From: Strigamia acuminata
Taxonomy: Eukaryota
Length of the DNA stretch: 64,000 nucleotides
Direction of reading: 5' to 3'
NCBI GenBank assembly: GCA_949358305.1
Contig: OX442314.1
Span: forward strand, 29,078,001 to 29,142,000
Below, in pieces: positions 12,770 through 25,375 of this stretch. Within the stretch, counting starts at the first letter, position 1, and every line of letters starts with the position of its first letter. The notes below the pieces were generated by a model. The model saw nothing but the letters and a program-made list of their open reading frames with translations. It had not been told where the DNA came from and searched no databases. Made by a program: the position numbers and the translations under genes.

Positions 12770-13300
12770 CAAGACGTGTGGTCGTGTGTTACTTTTCTCT
12801 GTTTAAGACGCCATTTTAGATCTCATCAACTTCTTAAAACTACAACATCATTTGTATCCAAGAACTTGAGAATATATTGCTAAGTTTGAACAATACTTAA
12901 TTTTATTCAAATTTAACATTGGTGCTGAAATCCAGAAGCTAAAAACATAGAAAATGGTAAGAGCGTTTGAACTTAAGAATAGAGCCTTCCGAGCGGCCAT
13001 ATTGGTCACAGAGACACTATTGACCACGATAACCACTGCACTAAATGGACGAGCAACAATTCCGCAAGCCACAATCAAATTATGGATGCAACAGCTCGAA
13101 CAGCCCAACTGACATTTGACGCCACTCTGAATCTGGCGAAAACCGACCAAGAAATTGACGACACGGTGCAGGCGCTCAACGCATTGGAAGATCGTTTGGC
13201 CGCATCAAGAGCGGACTTAAACAAGTACATTCAAACATATTATCCAATTGTTCCGACCCAGAATTTGAGACTGGATGCTACGATCAGTGCAGTCAATTAA
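12770..13300 (+). mobile_element. Duplicated copy of the LTR/PBS/gag remnant
   Basis: Colinear with 5840-6770 but without the solo-LTR and MITE insertions. PBS TGGTGCTGAAATCC at ~12920. Confidence 0.6.
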
Positions 13301-14244
13301 GGCCCCGAAAAAGGCTGCGAGAAAGGTCCCCAGACTAAAAATCTGTTTCTGGGGTCCTGAAGTCACAATGCGCTTAGGGCCCACAAGTTTAATTACTCCA
13401 TAGCATGTGGATTGTGCACTTTGGCTTCGACCGGGCTCCCCAATATGCTGTGAGCCCCCCAGCATTGCGGGGGTTGCGGGTACGGCCGATACGCCACTTT
13501 ATGAATGCTCCTAAATAAAATATTAATAATCCTTAATGCGTAGGCTTATGCACAGTTGTGGATTTTTCAACCAAGCAGCGAGCATGCACAAATCGCATTA
13601 TTGTTACTCAAGATTAATTAAAGAAAATAAGTTGCACAATTCCTTGCTTAAATATAAAACAGGATTATCAGCTGCTGTTTATTATTGATTGTAACAATCA
13701 GAATCAAATTTTAGATTAATTCAGTTTGCAATGTAGTTAGCTCTAGAAAAAGATTATTTATTTTGTATGTAATGCATTTAACGGATTTAGCCCGAAACAA
13801 CGGTTACTGCGACTGAGTCCAGTCAACCAATAAACCTTGTGTAGTGTGTCTATTTATTACTTATTTGTGTGCGTGTTCAACCGCTTGTTTATATCCAGAA
13901 ATTTTGAAGTTACAGTTGGAATTGGTTAGAAAAGATACTTAAATGTAAGTTGAAGACTGATGGCCTTTATTGAACGATGTTAAATCGATCATCCGTGCCA
14001 CTGGGGTTCTAATTACGTTTTATGAGAAACTAGTTGGAACCCCATGTGGATCGCACCATACAATTTTATATTTTTGTGTTTTTTTTATTACTATCTATGT
14101 ACGATTTTATGGCACATTATATATATCATATTTTGCAGGCGATAATACGGATCAGACCATAAGACACACCCCAAATTTATCAGTCAATTTTTAGATAAAA
14201 CCATTACCGTATTTTTAAAGAATTTTTGTGGTTATGAGGTCCAA

Positions 14245-14296
14245 TTTCTTTGTAATTGCAAATGATGAGATCACATCATTTGCAATTACAAAGAAA
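14245..14296. repeat. Perfect 23-bp inverted repeat (hairpin)
   Basis: TTTCTTTGTAATTGCAAATGATG-agatca-CATCATTTGCAATTACAAAGAAA. Confidence 0.95.
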
Positions 14297-14789
14297 CCTA
14301 AGACAATGGGTGATAAAGTCAGTAACTTGTCAATAAGCCACTTATTGGAATTAAATTATCATTTCAGTGATGTAAATTACATCATTTCCTGTGGCTAGTA
14401 AAACATTTCAGCTACATCAGCCAATGACTTGCATGAATTGTTGATAATTCAGATTACGATAAATCAAATAATTCATTTGACTTTGAATGCACCCAATAAA
14501 ATGATCTACAAAAGCCATTGACTCCAAAAAAGCAATAAAAATTAATTGTAAAATACGTTATAAAACTAGCTGTTATTGCCTAGTAATAAATTTTGTAGTA
14601 CAGTGTCAAGTTATCATTGATTATAACCTATAGATTAGTTTAGTATACCTAACACAAGTTTATGACACATTTTATTGCACATCATCTTCCGGTTGCTTCC
14701 AATATTGCTTCGTGTCTTTTATTTACGAGTTATCGACACAAAACCGTAAATCCACACCCGATTTGCCATTTCACCAATTGTCTGCAATA

Positions 14790-17700
14790 ATGGCGCAACC
14801 AAAACGGTTTCGGGCTATAAAACAACGAAAAATATTCATCAGCATTTGCAACAAGAAAAGAAATGCCAGACCGAGACAAGTCAGACACGGAAATCAAGCT
14901 GATCAAACTAATTGTTTGGGATTGAACAAATTGTTTGATCATTCACAAAGCTCATTTTTCAAATTTGTTTGGTTTCTAATTGTCGTCGCTTGCTTCGCTT
15001 GTTGTTTGTTCCAAATCTACACACGCGTGAGCGTATATCTGAATAGATCAATTACACTGGAAGTTGAGTTACGACCACAAACAACCTTTTTATTTCCTTC
15101 GATCACATTAAGCAGCATGTATCTGTATTCCCTGTTAAAGGATCTAAAATCTTATAATTCAAGTGCAAATATTACAAACACTGAAACGCTTATGTTAATC
15201 AACAGTGATCTTGACGAATTATGGACCACGCTGGGTAAAATACATCCTGACGACTTGTGCATAACAGGATTAGTAAGTAGAGAAACTTAGTTAAATCTAG
15301 GACAATTAACCACAGGACTTCACATCCGCCATTTTTTTGAAATCTAAATTGTCCCGTAAAAATGGCGGACAATTGACATCCCGCATTTACATTTTTGTTG
15401 GACGTTATAAAGCAGTTAAATTTTATTTAACATTTGATTTAAAAATAATATCTAAAAATGTAATAAATAATTTTCAAACATTATTTTTAACTTAAAAATA
15501 AAATATAAATGTCTTCTGAAAATGCAAATGCAGAATGTCATGTCAGTTAGCCGCCATTTGCCCGCAAACTGACGTCATTTTGTGTATTTTTGGCTGTGGA
15601 TGGCGCCATGATCACAAGACAGCACAAGACAGAATCGCATTACAGTCTAACAATTGAATTGTGGCAGTTGTGAAGTCCTGTAGTAAATCGTCCTAGGTTA
15701 AATCAATGCAGTAGTTTGCATATCAAACCTTAAATATTTGTGCAATTGTATTACCGTAACTAGGTACTTTAATAGAACGTAGGTCCTGTCAAATCTCTGG
15801 TGTTTGACTCTGTTTCAGTCTGGGGCTGAGTTCATACGAACTCAGCCCCATTGAGGGATCCAAACGGGACGGTTATTTGACCGGACAATCCCCTAGCAAC
15901 CTTTACATAGTTTGGTGTGGATATTATAATGCGCTTGTCGGTTGTTATGCTGAGACATAACAGGTCGCCTTTACAAAGAGGTCTCCATTGACCAAAACGA
16001 CTGAATCCAATATCCAAATCGACCGAACTGACTACATTACATTTGAGATCTGTACCCAAAAATAACCGGAATTCTCGTCCGATGGGCAGATCCCTTTTAG
16101 TAGCTGCCCCTGCTATACTCAAACTCAATACAACGTTGACCTATTTCACTGGCGTAGTGGCACAGAAAAGTGGCCCAAAACACCAGAATTGTAATCAAAC
16201 TCCAGACATTGTGATCGATTACCAACATTGTCAAAGGTGATGTTTAGACACAGAACTACTTTTCCGCATAGTAGAATACAGTCCACAGTTAGGCGTAATC
16301 CAACTCAAATAGGTCAACGTTGTATTGAGTTTGTGTACGAGAAAAGACTAGCATGTTATTCAATGGGAATGACGTCACGTACAAACACGAAACGAGTTTT
16401 GCATACGTTTTAGAGTTTTTGAATGCAGCTAGAGATTAAAAAATATCAAAATTGAACAGACTGACTAAAAAATGTCTAAATTAAACAGACTAAAAAATTG
16501 TAGACTAAAAACTAAAACTAAAACTAAAGTTCGTAGACTAAAAAATGTCTAAATTGAACAGACTGACTAAAAAATGTCTAAATTGAACAGACTGACTAAA
16601 AAATGTCTAAATTGAACAGACTGACTAAAAAATGTCTAAATTGAACAAACTGACTAAAAAATGTCTAAATTGAACAGACTGACTAAAAAATGTCAAAATT
16701 GATCAAAAACGCGAAGAAAAATGTAGGTAAAATCTGGATTTTGTAATTAGAACAGCCGCGTTCTATTAGAGTATTTACTGTACTGATCTAGACATCAAAA
16801 GGCTAAACGTATGTAAGTGAAATCAAAAAGATTAAATTTTGTTTAATTTGGTATTTTTTTCATTTACCAGGACAAGAGCAAAAAATGTACAAGAGCTTTC
16901 ACCGAGGAAGTAAAATCTAAGTTTGTGAAAATAATCGCGGGAATTTCTTTGACATTTACCTTAAGTAATAGATTACATTCTATTTAAATCATAAAAAAGT
17001 AGTGGTTTTTAATTTAGTGAATAAAAAACATCTTTCCTGGACTGTATCCTAAAAAAAGTTTTAAAACTCTTGAGTGTACAGCCAAGATTGACTGTTGTCC
17101 AGTGGGCAGCCACAATACTTTTGACTGTTAATTACTAATCAATTGGAATTCTCTGTTTTAAAAATGATTTCATTCCAGCAAATGAGATGGACTACATAGG
17201 TCCGTTTACGCATCTCGATTTCACCTGGAAAATCGTTAAAGCGCCCTGTCCTACAACATTTGCTATTGTATGTCTAAAGTAAAACATCAAAAAGACAAGA
17301 AAGTATAAAAATCATACTTTTATCTCGCAGTTTTATCTTCACAATGATGAATTCGAGCATGTGTACGATGGCATTATCACTTCGGAACCTTTTCCCACCG
17401 GTTATGAGACAAGATATCGAATTTTTGAAAGAGAGGTAATAATGTAGCAGCACTATGGAATTAAGCACAAGATAAAATAACAGAACACTTAACAGTTTGG
17501 ATAATTTAATTTGGAATAAGTAAAAAAATTTCACTTCTATCATACAATTTTTCACCTCGGAATTTGCATCACGATTCTTTTTAAAGACTTTCTTTTCACC
17601 TTCTCAGAGCGGTGTGGGGAGAATAAAAAAAAATTATAAGGAACCAACCCTCAAACCAACCCTCAAAATTTTTTATTCGTATTTTATGATGACTAACACA

Positions 17701-18914
17701 AATGCCGTAGTTTTTCTTTTCTTGCTAAGATAATTTAATATTTATAACGTAAAACACCCTTAATAAGAGTGTCATACACTGTTTTGCCGCCGTTTAGGTG
17801 GCGTATTAAAATAAGTTTTAAAACCTGTGTTCACACCAAGAAAAATGTGCGATAATAGCGCATTCTGATGGCAATTTAAAAAACTAACATAAAAGCTTTT
17901 CTCCAAAAAAACCATAGTTGTTATTAATACTTGTTATATTCTGGTAAATATTTTTCAGTTAAAGAATTTAAATTTGCCTAGTCATCCTTGTGCTGAAGCA
18001 CAAGTAGTCACATCTTGCCTTAACAATTGTGTGGCTAAAATAATGCAGAAGAATTTAACTTGTGGGTAAGATATCAATGCATTTATACAAGTACAAGGGC
18101 TACCTCAAGCATATGAGCTAAAAATCATTCATACGCTAAAATAAAATTTTCCTAAGCAGGGGGCTCAACAAAACTAAAAACAATTCATAAGCCAGCCCCT
18201 TTTTCTCAGCCGCCAGCATATAAATTTTGCATACACAATCTATACTAAGGAGTTTATACGCCAGGTACAAATTTTCAGGCACCATGGCGACTGTTATTGT
18301 TGACCCCATGTTGTAATAATGACTGTTAGGAGATTGAACGGAAAACATTCGGTAAATGTACAGAAAACATTTTCTTCATTTTAGCTCTTGTGCATGGTAG
18401 CACTTATGAATATTAGCTCATATTGTTATAATTATTTTTATTATTATCGTTATTTATGAGGCATTTTGCTTTCTTTACCAGATTACCGTTTTTCAATTCT
18501 ACAGTACGACGATGCACCGGAATTAAAGAAATTGTGAAAACCTTTTGGCAGGCCTGGGAAATAACCACCAACATAGCCAAAAATGTCAAACCTTGTCATT
18601 GTAAACGCAAATGCAACGAGATCAAATACACAGTGTATAAAGAAACCAAGCCAGAGCGCCGTATTACTAATGATACAAAGTTGAGTTTACTTTTTGCATC
18701 CGAATCACACGAAACGTTAACTGAACGGGAGATGTTCTCCCTTTCAGCCTTGTTCAGTGATATTGGAGGAACCCTTGGTCTATATCTTGGCGTAAGCATA
18801 TTTACAATTATTGATCGTGTTGCCTATGTATTCAGACTTTCGATTTCCAAGCTTAAACACCACATAATCGGGGCCACCTCAGTAAAGCCTTACGTAAACT
18901 CGCAAAATATTTAG
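14790..18914 (+). CDS. DEG/ENaC channel subunit, copy 3 (most divergent), ~436 aa
   Basis: Exons 14790-15272, 16871-16964, 17179-17267, 17331-17435, 17959-18065, 18482-18914, with the same phases as the paralogs. TM2 SDIGGTLGLYLGVSIFT. Confidence 0.88.
15297..15696. mobile_element. MITE with ~28-bp TIR and 7-bp TSD
   Basis: CTAGGACAATTAACCACAGGACTTCACA...TGTGAAGTCCTGTAGTAAATCGTCCTAG, flanked by GTTAAAT on both sides. A partial second copy starts at 21646. Confidence 0.85.
15754..16780. mobile_element. TA-flanked pogo/Tc1-like non-autonomous element with composite interior
   Basis: Imperfect TIRs (CCGTAA..TACTTTAATAGAACG / CGTTCTATTAGAGTATTTACTG) with TA flanks. Contains a 27-bp inverted repeat (16120-16146 / 16307-16333) and a 29-bp tandem array (16440-16700). 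Confidence 0.6.
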
Positions 18915-20432
18915 TGTTCTTTTATTATTTTGTTGTCTTAAATTTGCCACCCCCAATTTCTAATTGCATTTTTAAATCTATTCAGCCTGTTCTCATTATT
19001 GTAAACATACCATTTGTACGCTATTTGTAATAAAGTGAGCATGACTGAGATGTACTCAGTAAATATTTGCTATAGTTCTTCGATTCTAAGAAGCCATCGA
19101 TTTTAAGACCCACCCCGTTACGACATAGAACTACCTCCTAAGAGGACAGTCCTTTTTTGGCGGAAACAAAAGCCAGCGCCAGCAACGGAAATAGCGACTG
19201 CTAGTGTCAACTCTAATTGTTGGCAAACCATAACCTAACCACAAGCTCACAAGCAAACCTCACAATGCCCCAATGGGAAACATTTCCCATTAAGAGATGG
19301 CGCTTAAACCCCGGGAATCAACGATGTATCAACAACATAACCCAATGCGCACAAGTACCTTTCTTACTTCTCTCCCGTACTGATAGCAAATACACCAATA
19401 AACGACAACAACTCCTGTGAGGTTGTGTGTGTTTCAACTTCCGGTTTCTGTAATTTTGTGTTTTTTCCATAAATCAACTAAGCATAACAAAAAATTAAAA
19501 TTTGGGCTTCGTAGCGCCCTAGAACAGGTCATTCCACACATTATAAAAAAAAGAAAGAAAAAAAAGACTCATTTTTCAACGCTGTGGACTGGAAAAACGA
19601 ATTAAAATTCTGATTTACGGCAAACTGTAATCATACCGGAGCGCCACTTGACGGAACCCGTGTTTTTTAATGGATGCCAAAATGTTCGCCCGAAACGAAT
19701 TTTGATGTTTTCGGCACTAAAAAAGGATTTTAAAATCCTGAAACCAGAGTCATTCGATTGGAAATTGCATTCTGCACAAGCCTGTATGTTTCTTTTTCAA
19801 TTCGGTAAAAAAAAAAGTAAGAAATTTGAAGTTGACCAGAGAAATAAAAAATATGAAAAATGAACGGTTTAAAAAATTAAAAATATGTTTCCTGTGCAGA
19901 ATTTACAGCTCTTTCAAATGGTGCTGATAACTTTTTAATCTGAGCTACATTTTTTTTATTTGCTAAAAAACGATTTGTCATTTGACAAATTTTTAGTCTG
20001 AATTCAAATTTCGCAGGAGTTTTTTTGTTTTACTTGTTTTTTAATTCGATCCAACTTCAGTCTGTTGTTACTTATTTTCTTATTTCTTTACCAAGCTATC
20101 ATTTCTCTATTCTGAGTTTTAACTTCTATTTGCAAGGTCACGAAGAACATTGACTCAAAGATCGACGAAAACAATTGACGATACTAAAAATTAATGGTAA
20201 AAAGCATCATAAAAACTTGCTGTTATTATCCGGTAATAAAATTGTCATTATTTTGTGCATTAGTAAACATACTTTAATCAATAAGCACTTAATCCAAGTT
20301 TACGACATTTTGTTAGACAACGTCTTCCGCTTTCTCTCAGTTTTAGGTCTTAACTTTTAATTAACGACTTGTCTGCACAAGAAAACAGAGTCACCATTTT
20401 TGAAAAATATTTGACAGTATGCAGCACCCAAA

Positions 20433-23400
20433 ATGGTTTCACCTATGAACGTGAGAAGTCAAGTCAGAGTTGAAAAACAAGCTGATCAAATTGATTTTTT
20501 GGGGTTGAAGAAATTGTGTGATCAATCACACAGCGCATTTTTCAAATTGGTTTGGTTACTACTTGTCGCGGCTTGTTTCACTGGTTGTGTGGTCCACATT
20601 TACACACGTGTGAGCGTTTACTTTGATGCAGCAGTCATACAGGAAGTTGAATTGAAACCACAAGCATCTTTTATTGTTCCTTCGGTTACTTTATGCAGCC
20701 TGCACATGTATAACCTAATGAAAAATTTCTCAAAGGCAGAGAATATAAACAATAACACTTTTAACTTAAACAACAACGATTTCGACAAATTATGGACTAC
20801 AGTGGGTAGAATAAATTCAAGCGACTTATGTGCAGTAAGTAAAAATAAAGTGCAATTTACATGTAGATTAGTGTTCATCAGCAGCATTATCGGACACTTT
20901 AAAATCACAATAAATGAAATGATTTTCCATTTTCCCCATTTGTCCCTGAGCTGGAAAACTTCAGATTGGGTAACCATGTTCTCTGATTTAGCTTATGATG
21001 TAAAGCATCATAAATCAGTAAAAATAAAAAAAATAACAGCATTGTAAATCCATTGGGTTTATTGCAACAGTTATTTTAAACTGCCAGAGGGGTCAAACTG
21101 GCAGTTCTAGTGTTAAACCTTGAAACGTCTGTTTTTAATACATTTGATGAACATGAAATACTGACTAAAGCAGTGTATTCCAATATTTTGGCTTGGGGAT
21201 GTACTGTAATACTGTAATAAACTGTCTTTTACTAGAAAACAGAAAACACTAATAAATACATCTGTGGAGAAGAACTTAATGAGATAATGACAGTGGACTT
21301 TTTTAATTCAGTAACTGGAAATTGTGTGATGCTTACCATGAGTAATACATATATGGGATTATCATATTTCTTCAAATTAAAGTCACCCTCAATAAAATAA
21401 AATTTCAATAGAAAAAAGTGAAATGGTTTTTCTAAAACCATTGTTCCAGTCGAATTCATGACGTGACAAAAGGTTGCCCTTAAGTATAAGTGGTGACAAA
21501 AAATTGCAATTATAAGCTGCGATTTAATTGAAGAAATATGGTATATCAAACTCTTGAGAATTTTGTTGCAACAACTTTCTACAGGCTGCTGAACTTTATG
21601 CCAAATTCCATACTGTATTTTGATACGTGATTAAGTTAGTTAAACCTAGGACGATTTACTACAGAACTTCACATCTAGCAAAATTTAATTGTTAGACCGT
21701 CAAGCGATTCTGTCTTGTGATTGTAGCACCATTCAGCAGAAAGAGCATAAAATGACGTCATTTTGATCACTTTTTACAACGAAAACGGCAAAATAAGCCG
21801 TTTTCGTCATTAAAATCAATGGAAACGACTGCTTTACTAAAAAAAAAAGTCCTTTTTTTCCATCTGCAAACCACAAAACAAAAAAAACATCTCAATTTTT
21901 AAAAAATATTGGAAAAGTGAACTGAACTATTGGTTCAAGTTCGTGAACTTGAACTTAGAGTTCACTTTGAAAAAAATTGTAGTGAACCTGAACGTGAACT
22001 AGTTCACACAGTGATGAACGCAAACTTGAACTAGTTCGCGATTTGGTGAACGAGATACAACACTGCCTAACAGTCTATAAGGCAGGCATTACGTCTCTGA
22101 TCATTTAGAAACTGTAAAAGTTGCAATAATTGCCACATCGACAAATAAAAGCAAATGTGTGTGATTCTGCCAATAGTGCGCGTGTGCACAATAAGAAATA
22201 CAGTATGGGAATTCAAAATATTACAGTCAGCAATAAATTGTATCGTACATGTATTGCAAAACCTTAACCTTTAATGTTTTGTCTAATTATTACTCGATAT
22301 TTATTCAACTGCTCATGGATCCTGTCTATCCAAACAGTTGCACTTTGCATAAAGTGGTCTTGCAGCCTAACTTCATCTATCACTGTGCTATAGGAATCAC
22401 GGTCAATGATCAATGATCAGTTTTCTGTAGAAACCTGTTTGCAATAATACAAATACGATTGACTAACAAATCTATAATTGCATTGCAGAAACAAAAATGG
22501 AGTACCAAGGTCCTTTCAATTATATTACTTTCAACTGGAACACCATTGAGGCTCCCTATCCTACACCAAAACTATTTGTAAGGCTAAACGCGGAAAAAAA
22601 GCAAACAAAAATGAATGATACATTTATCTTGTAGGTTTCTCTCCATGGGGATGCATTCCGGCATGTTTATGACAGCCTTGTGGTATCTGAACTAGTCAGA
22701 GCTGATTTTCATACAGAATACAAAGTATTTGAAAAAGAGGTACAAATACAGCAAAACAATTTCTAACAAAAAACGTGATTGTCATTTCAACATAAATTGC
22801 AAAAATTTGATGGAAACAATAATGAAACTTATAAAATAATCCAATATCAAGATGGGATGGGATTGATTCAAACAGAATTACCGTATATCCCCGTGTATAA
22901 GCTGCCCAATTTATTCCGAAATTCAGACCTCTAATTTGGGGGGTCGGCTTATAAGTGCGTAATACGTATTCAAAAAAAAAATGTAACATACGTGCTACGT
23001 TTTTTACATTTTGTATTGTATATAAGACCAACCATCAAACAATCAGTCAATTTCATTAATTTTCGACTAAATTGTAGTCAATTTCATCAATTTTTGACTA
23101 AATTGTAGTCAATTTCATCAATTTTTGACTAAATTGTAGTCAATTTCATCAATTTTTGACTAAATTGTAGTCAATTTCATCAATTTTTGACTAAATTGTA
23201 GTCAATTTCATTAATTTTCGACTAAATTTCACAACATTTTGACATACTCGACTTATACTCGCAAATACCATTTATTAGCAAAATGGTGCCTCAGAATGGG
23301 GGGTCGGCTTATACACGGGGATATACGGTAGTTGCAAGGTGCTGCGATCCGGGTTTTAATCACAGTCACAGTTTGAATGCTATTATAAGACTTAAATCTG

Positions 23401-24015
23401 GAATAATGGGTCTATTTGCGGAATATTTCTTGTAATAGCATCCAAATTACAGTTTCAGAATTTAAATTTACCTCGCAATCCCTGTGCACCGGCAGAAGAC
23501 GTTACTACCTGCATAACTAATTGCTTGGACAAGTTATTAGAAAAGAACTTAACTTGCAGGTAAGAAACCAATGCATGAAACTTACCGTCATTATCTCGAC
23601 GTTTATGTAATCGGTCTTTATCAGATTACCATTTTTCAATTCTACAATACTACCACGGTGCATCAGTTTTGATGAAAGTATCAATGCTTTCACCATTGGT
23701 TGGTCCGCAGCAATTAACTTGGTCGAAAATGTTAATCCTTGTCACTGTAGACGTAAATGTAACGAGAGCAAATACACTTTGAACAAAGATAGTATGGTTA
23801 AGAGTAAATACGAAAACAAAACAAGTTTGCATTTGCGTTTTGCAGCTGAAACCGATGAAACAATTACAGAGCGTAAAATGGTCACTCTTTCAGGTTTGTT
23901 CAGCGAAATTGGTGGAACCCTCGGTCTGTACCTTGGCGTAAGCATTTTCACAATTATTGATCTACTTAGCTTTCTTGTCCGACTTTTGATTTCCAAGTTC
24001 AAACACGATAATTAA
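20433..24015 (+). CDS. DEG/ENaC channel subunit, copy 4, ~399 aa
   Basis: Exons 20433-20834, 21236-21341, 22489-22577, 22635-22739, 23453-23559, 23625-24015. Motifs VPSVTLCS, GNC, PCHCRRKC, SEIGGTLGLYLGVSIFT. Confidence 0.88.
21918..22066 (-). mobile_element. hAT-like MITE terminus (GAACTAGTTC-rich)
   Basis: The minus strand begins CAGTGTTG, followed by repeated TGAAC/GTTCA subterminal motifs. Confidence 0.55.
22881..23328. mobile_element. pogo/Tigger-like MITE with TA TSD
   Basis: TIR CCGTATATCCCCGTGTATAAGC...GCTTATACACGGGGATATACGG with TA on both sides. Internal 31-bp tandem repeat at 23045-23230. Confidence 0.9.
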
Positions 24016-24134
24016 TATCGCTTTAAGTTAAGATTTCAGTAATTTAGCCACATAATTCTATGCACTGTAACCACCGTAACCCGGTCAACCACACCAGCAC
24101 ACTACCCACACACCATACTTTATTCGATTTAAGG

Positions 24135-24352
24135 AATTGTCGCCGGCCCCGATTAAGCGCTGGGTCCCCAAAAATCGCCAATTTTTTTAAAAAAATTTGC
24201 AATTTTTGGAAAAAAAATCACCTTTTTTGGGAAAAATTCGCCGATTTTTCGGGAAAACCGGGCCCTTATAAACGCCGGGCTTCAGATTGGCACCAGGAGA
24301 GTCGGCTCACAAAAATATTAAACGCCCGGGCGATTAAACGAGGCGGCACTGT
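24135..24352. mobile_element. Degenerate MITE
   Basis: Right end GCGATTAAACGAGGCGGCACTG-TA, with imperfect left counterpart GTCGCCGGCCCCGATTAAGCGC. Confidence 0.5.
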
Positions 24353-25375
24353 ATTAATTGAAACCACAGGCCTTTTTGACCACTGGTGGATATTTTGATA
24401 TTTTTAAAATCCAATTTAAATTTTCTTAACATACTGGTAGATTATACATTAGAAATTTTAAGCTTTTTTGTTCAATTTGTACTTTTCATTTACATATTCT
24501 CAAATTGTATCTCTTTGTCTGTATTTTTCCACGCAATAAAATGTAAGAAGTAAAGTAATAAACACTTACGTGTATGAAATTGTGTGAAAGAATTACGCGG
24601 ATGAAATACAAAGTCACACGCCGATCGGTTCAGTTAAACAGTGTTCTCATCGACAAGCAAACCTACAAAAATAAAATCAAAAATGAGAAGTGAAAATAAT
24701 TAAATCAAACTACATCTAATATGAAACAGCCATTACACCAAGAGTAGAAATAACAGGTTTGGCCATCAAATACTATTAAATATCTCCAATGTGCAGAATC
24801 TACTGCTCTGACGTCCAAGCGAATTGACAATAGATATTGGGATTTAACCGACACCAAAATTTTCCGACATCAGCCGATGTAGGTCTCTGAACAAACCTAC
24901 GAAAATAAAATCAAAAATTAAAAAAAAATTCATAAGTTTTGGTCTTTTAAATATTTGCGAATCTGTTATATCGCATGTAATGTATAATGTTAAATTGCAT
25001 TGTTATTGTTATTTAGGATTTTTATAAGCTAATCAGAAGAAAAATAACATAAATTACCGAGGAAAATGCCGCGTCGTTTCGTTTCCACCGGCAGCCATTA
25101 CACAGTACTTCGGTCACTCGCCAACGTGATTGGCTTTTCTGGATCACGTGATATCCAAACCAAATTTTACCGATAGGGGAGATCTTGATACAGACGAAAT
25201 ATTCAGTTGTTGATACTTTTATAATTTTGTTTTTTGTTTTTAATTTAATATGTGGAATTTTACAGTTTTATTTATTAATTTTTTAAACAAATAATAAATA
25301 ATCTCAATTAGGATGTCCCTGTCTCTGCAAAATAAATTCAAACAAAAAAAATAAATTAAAAAAACGATAAAACTT

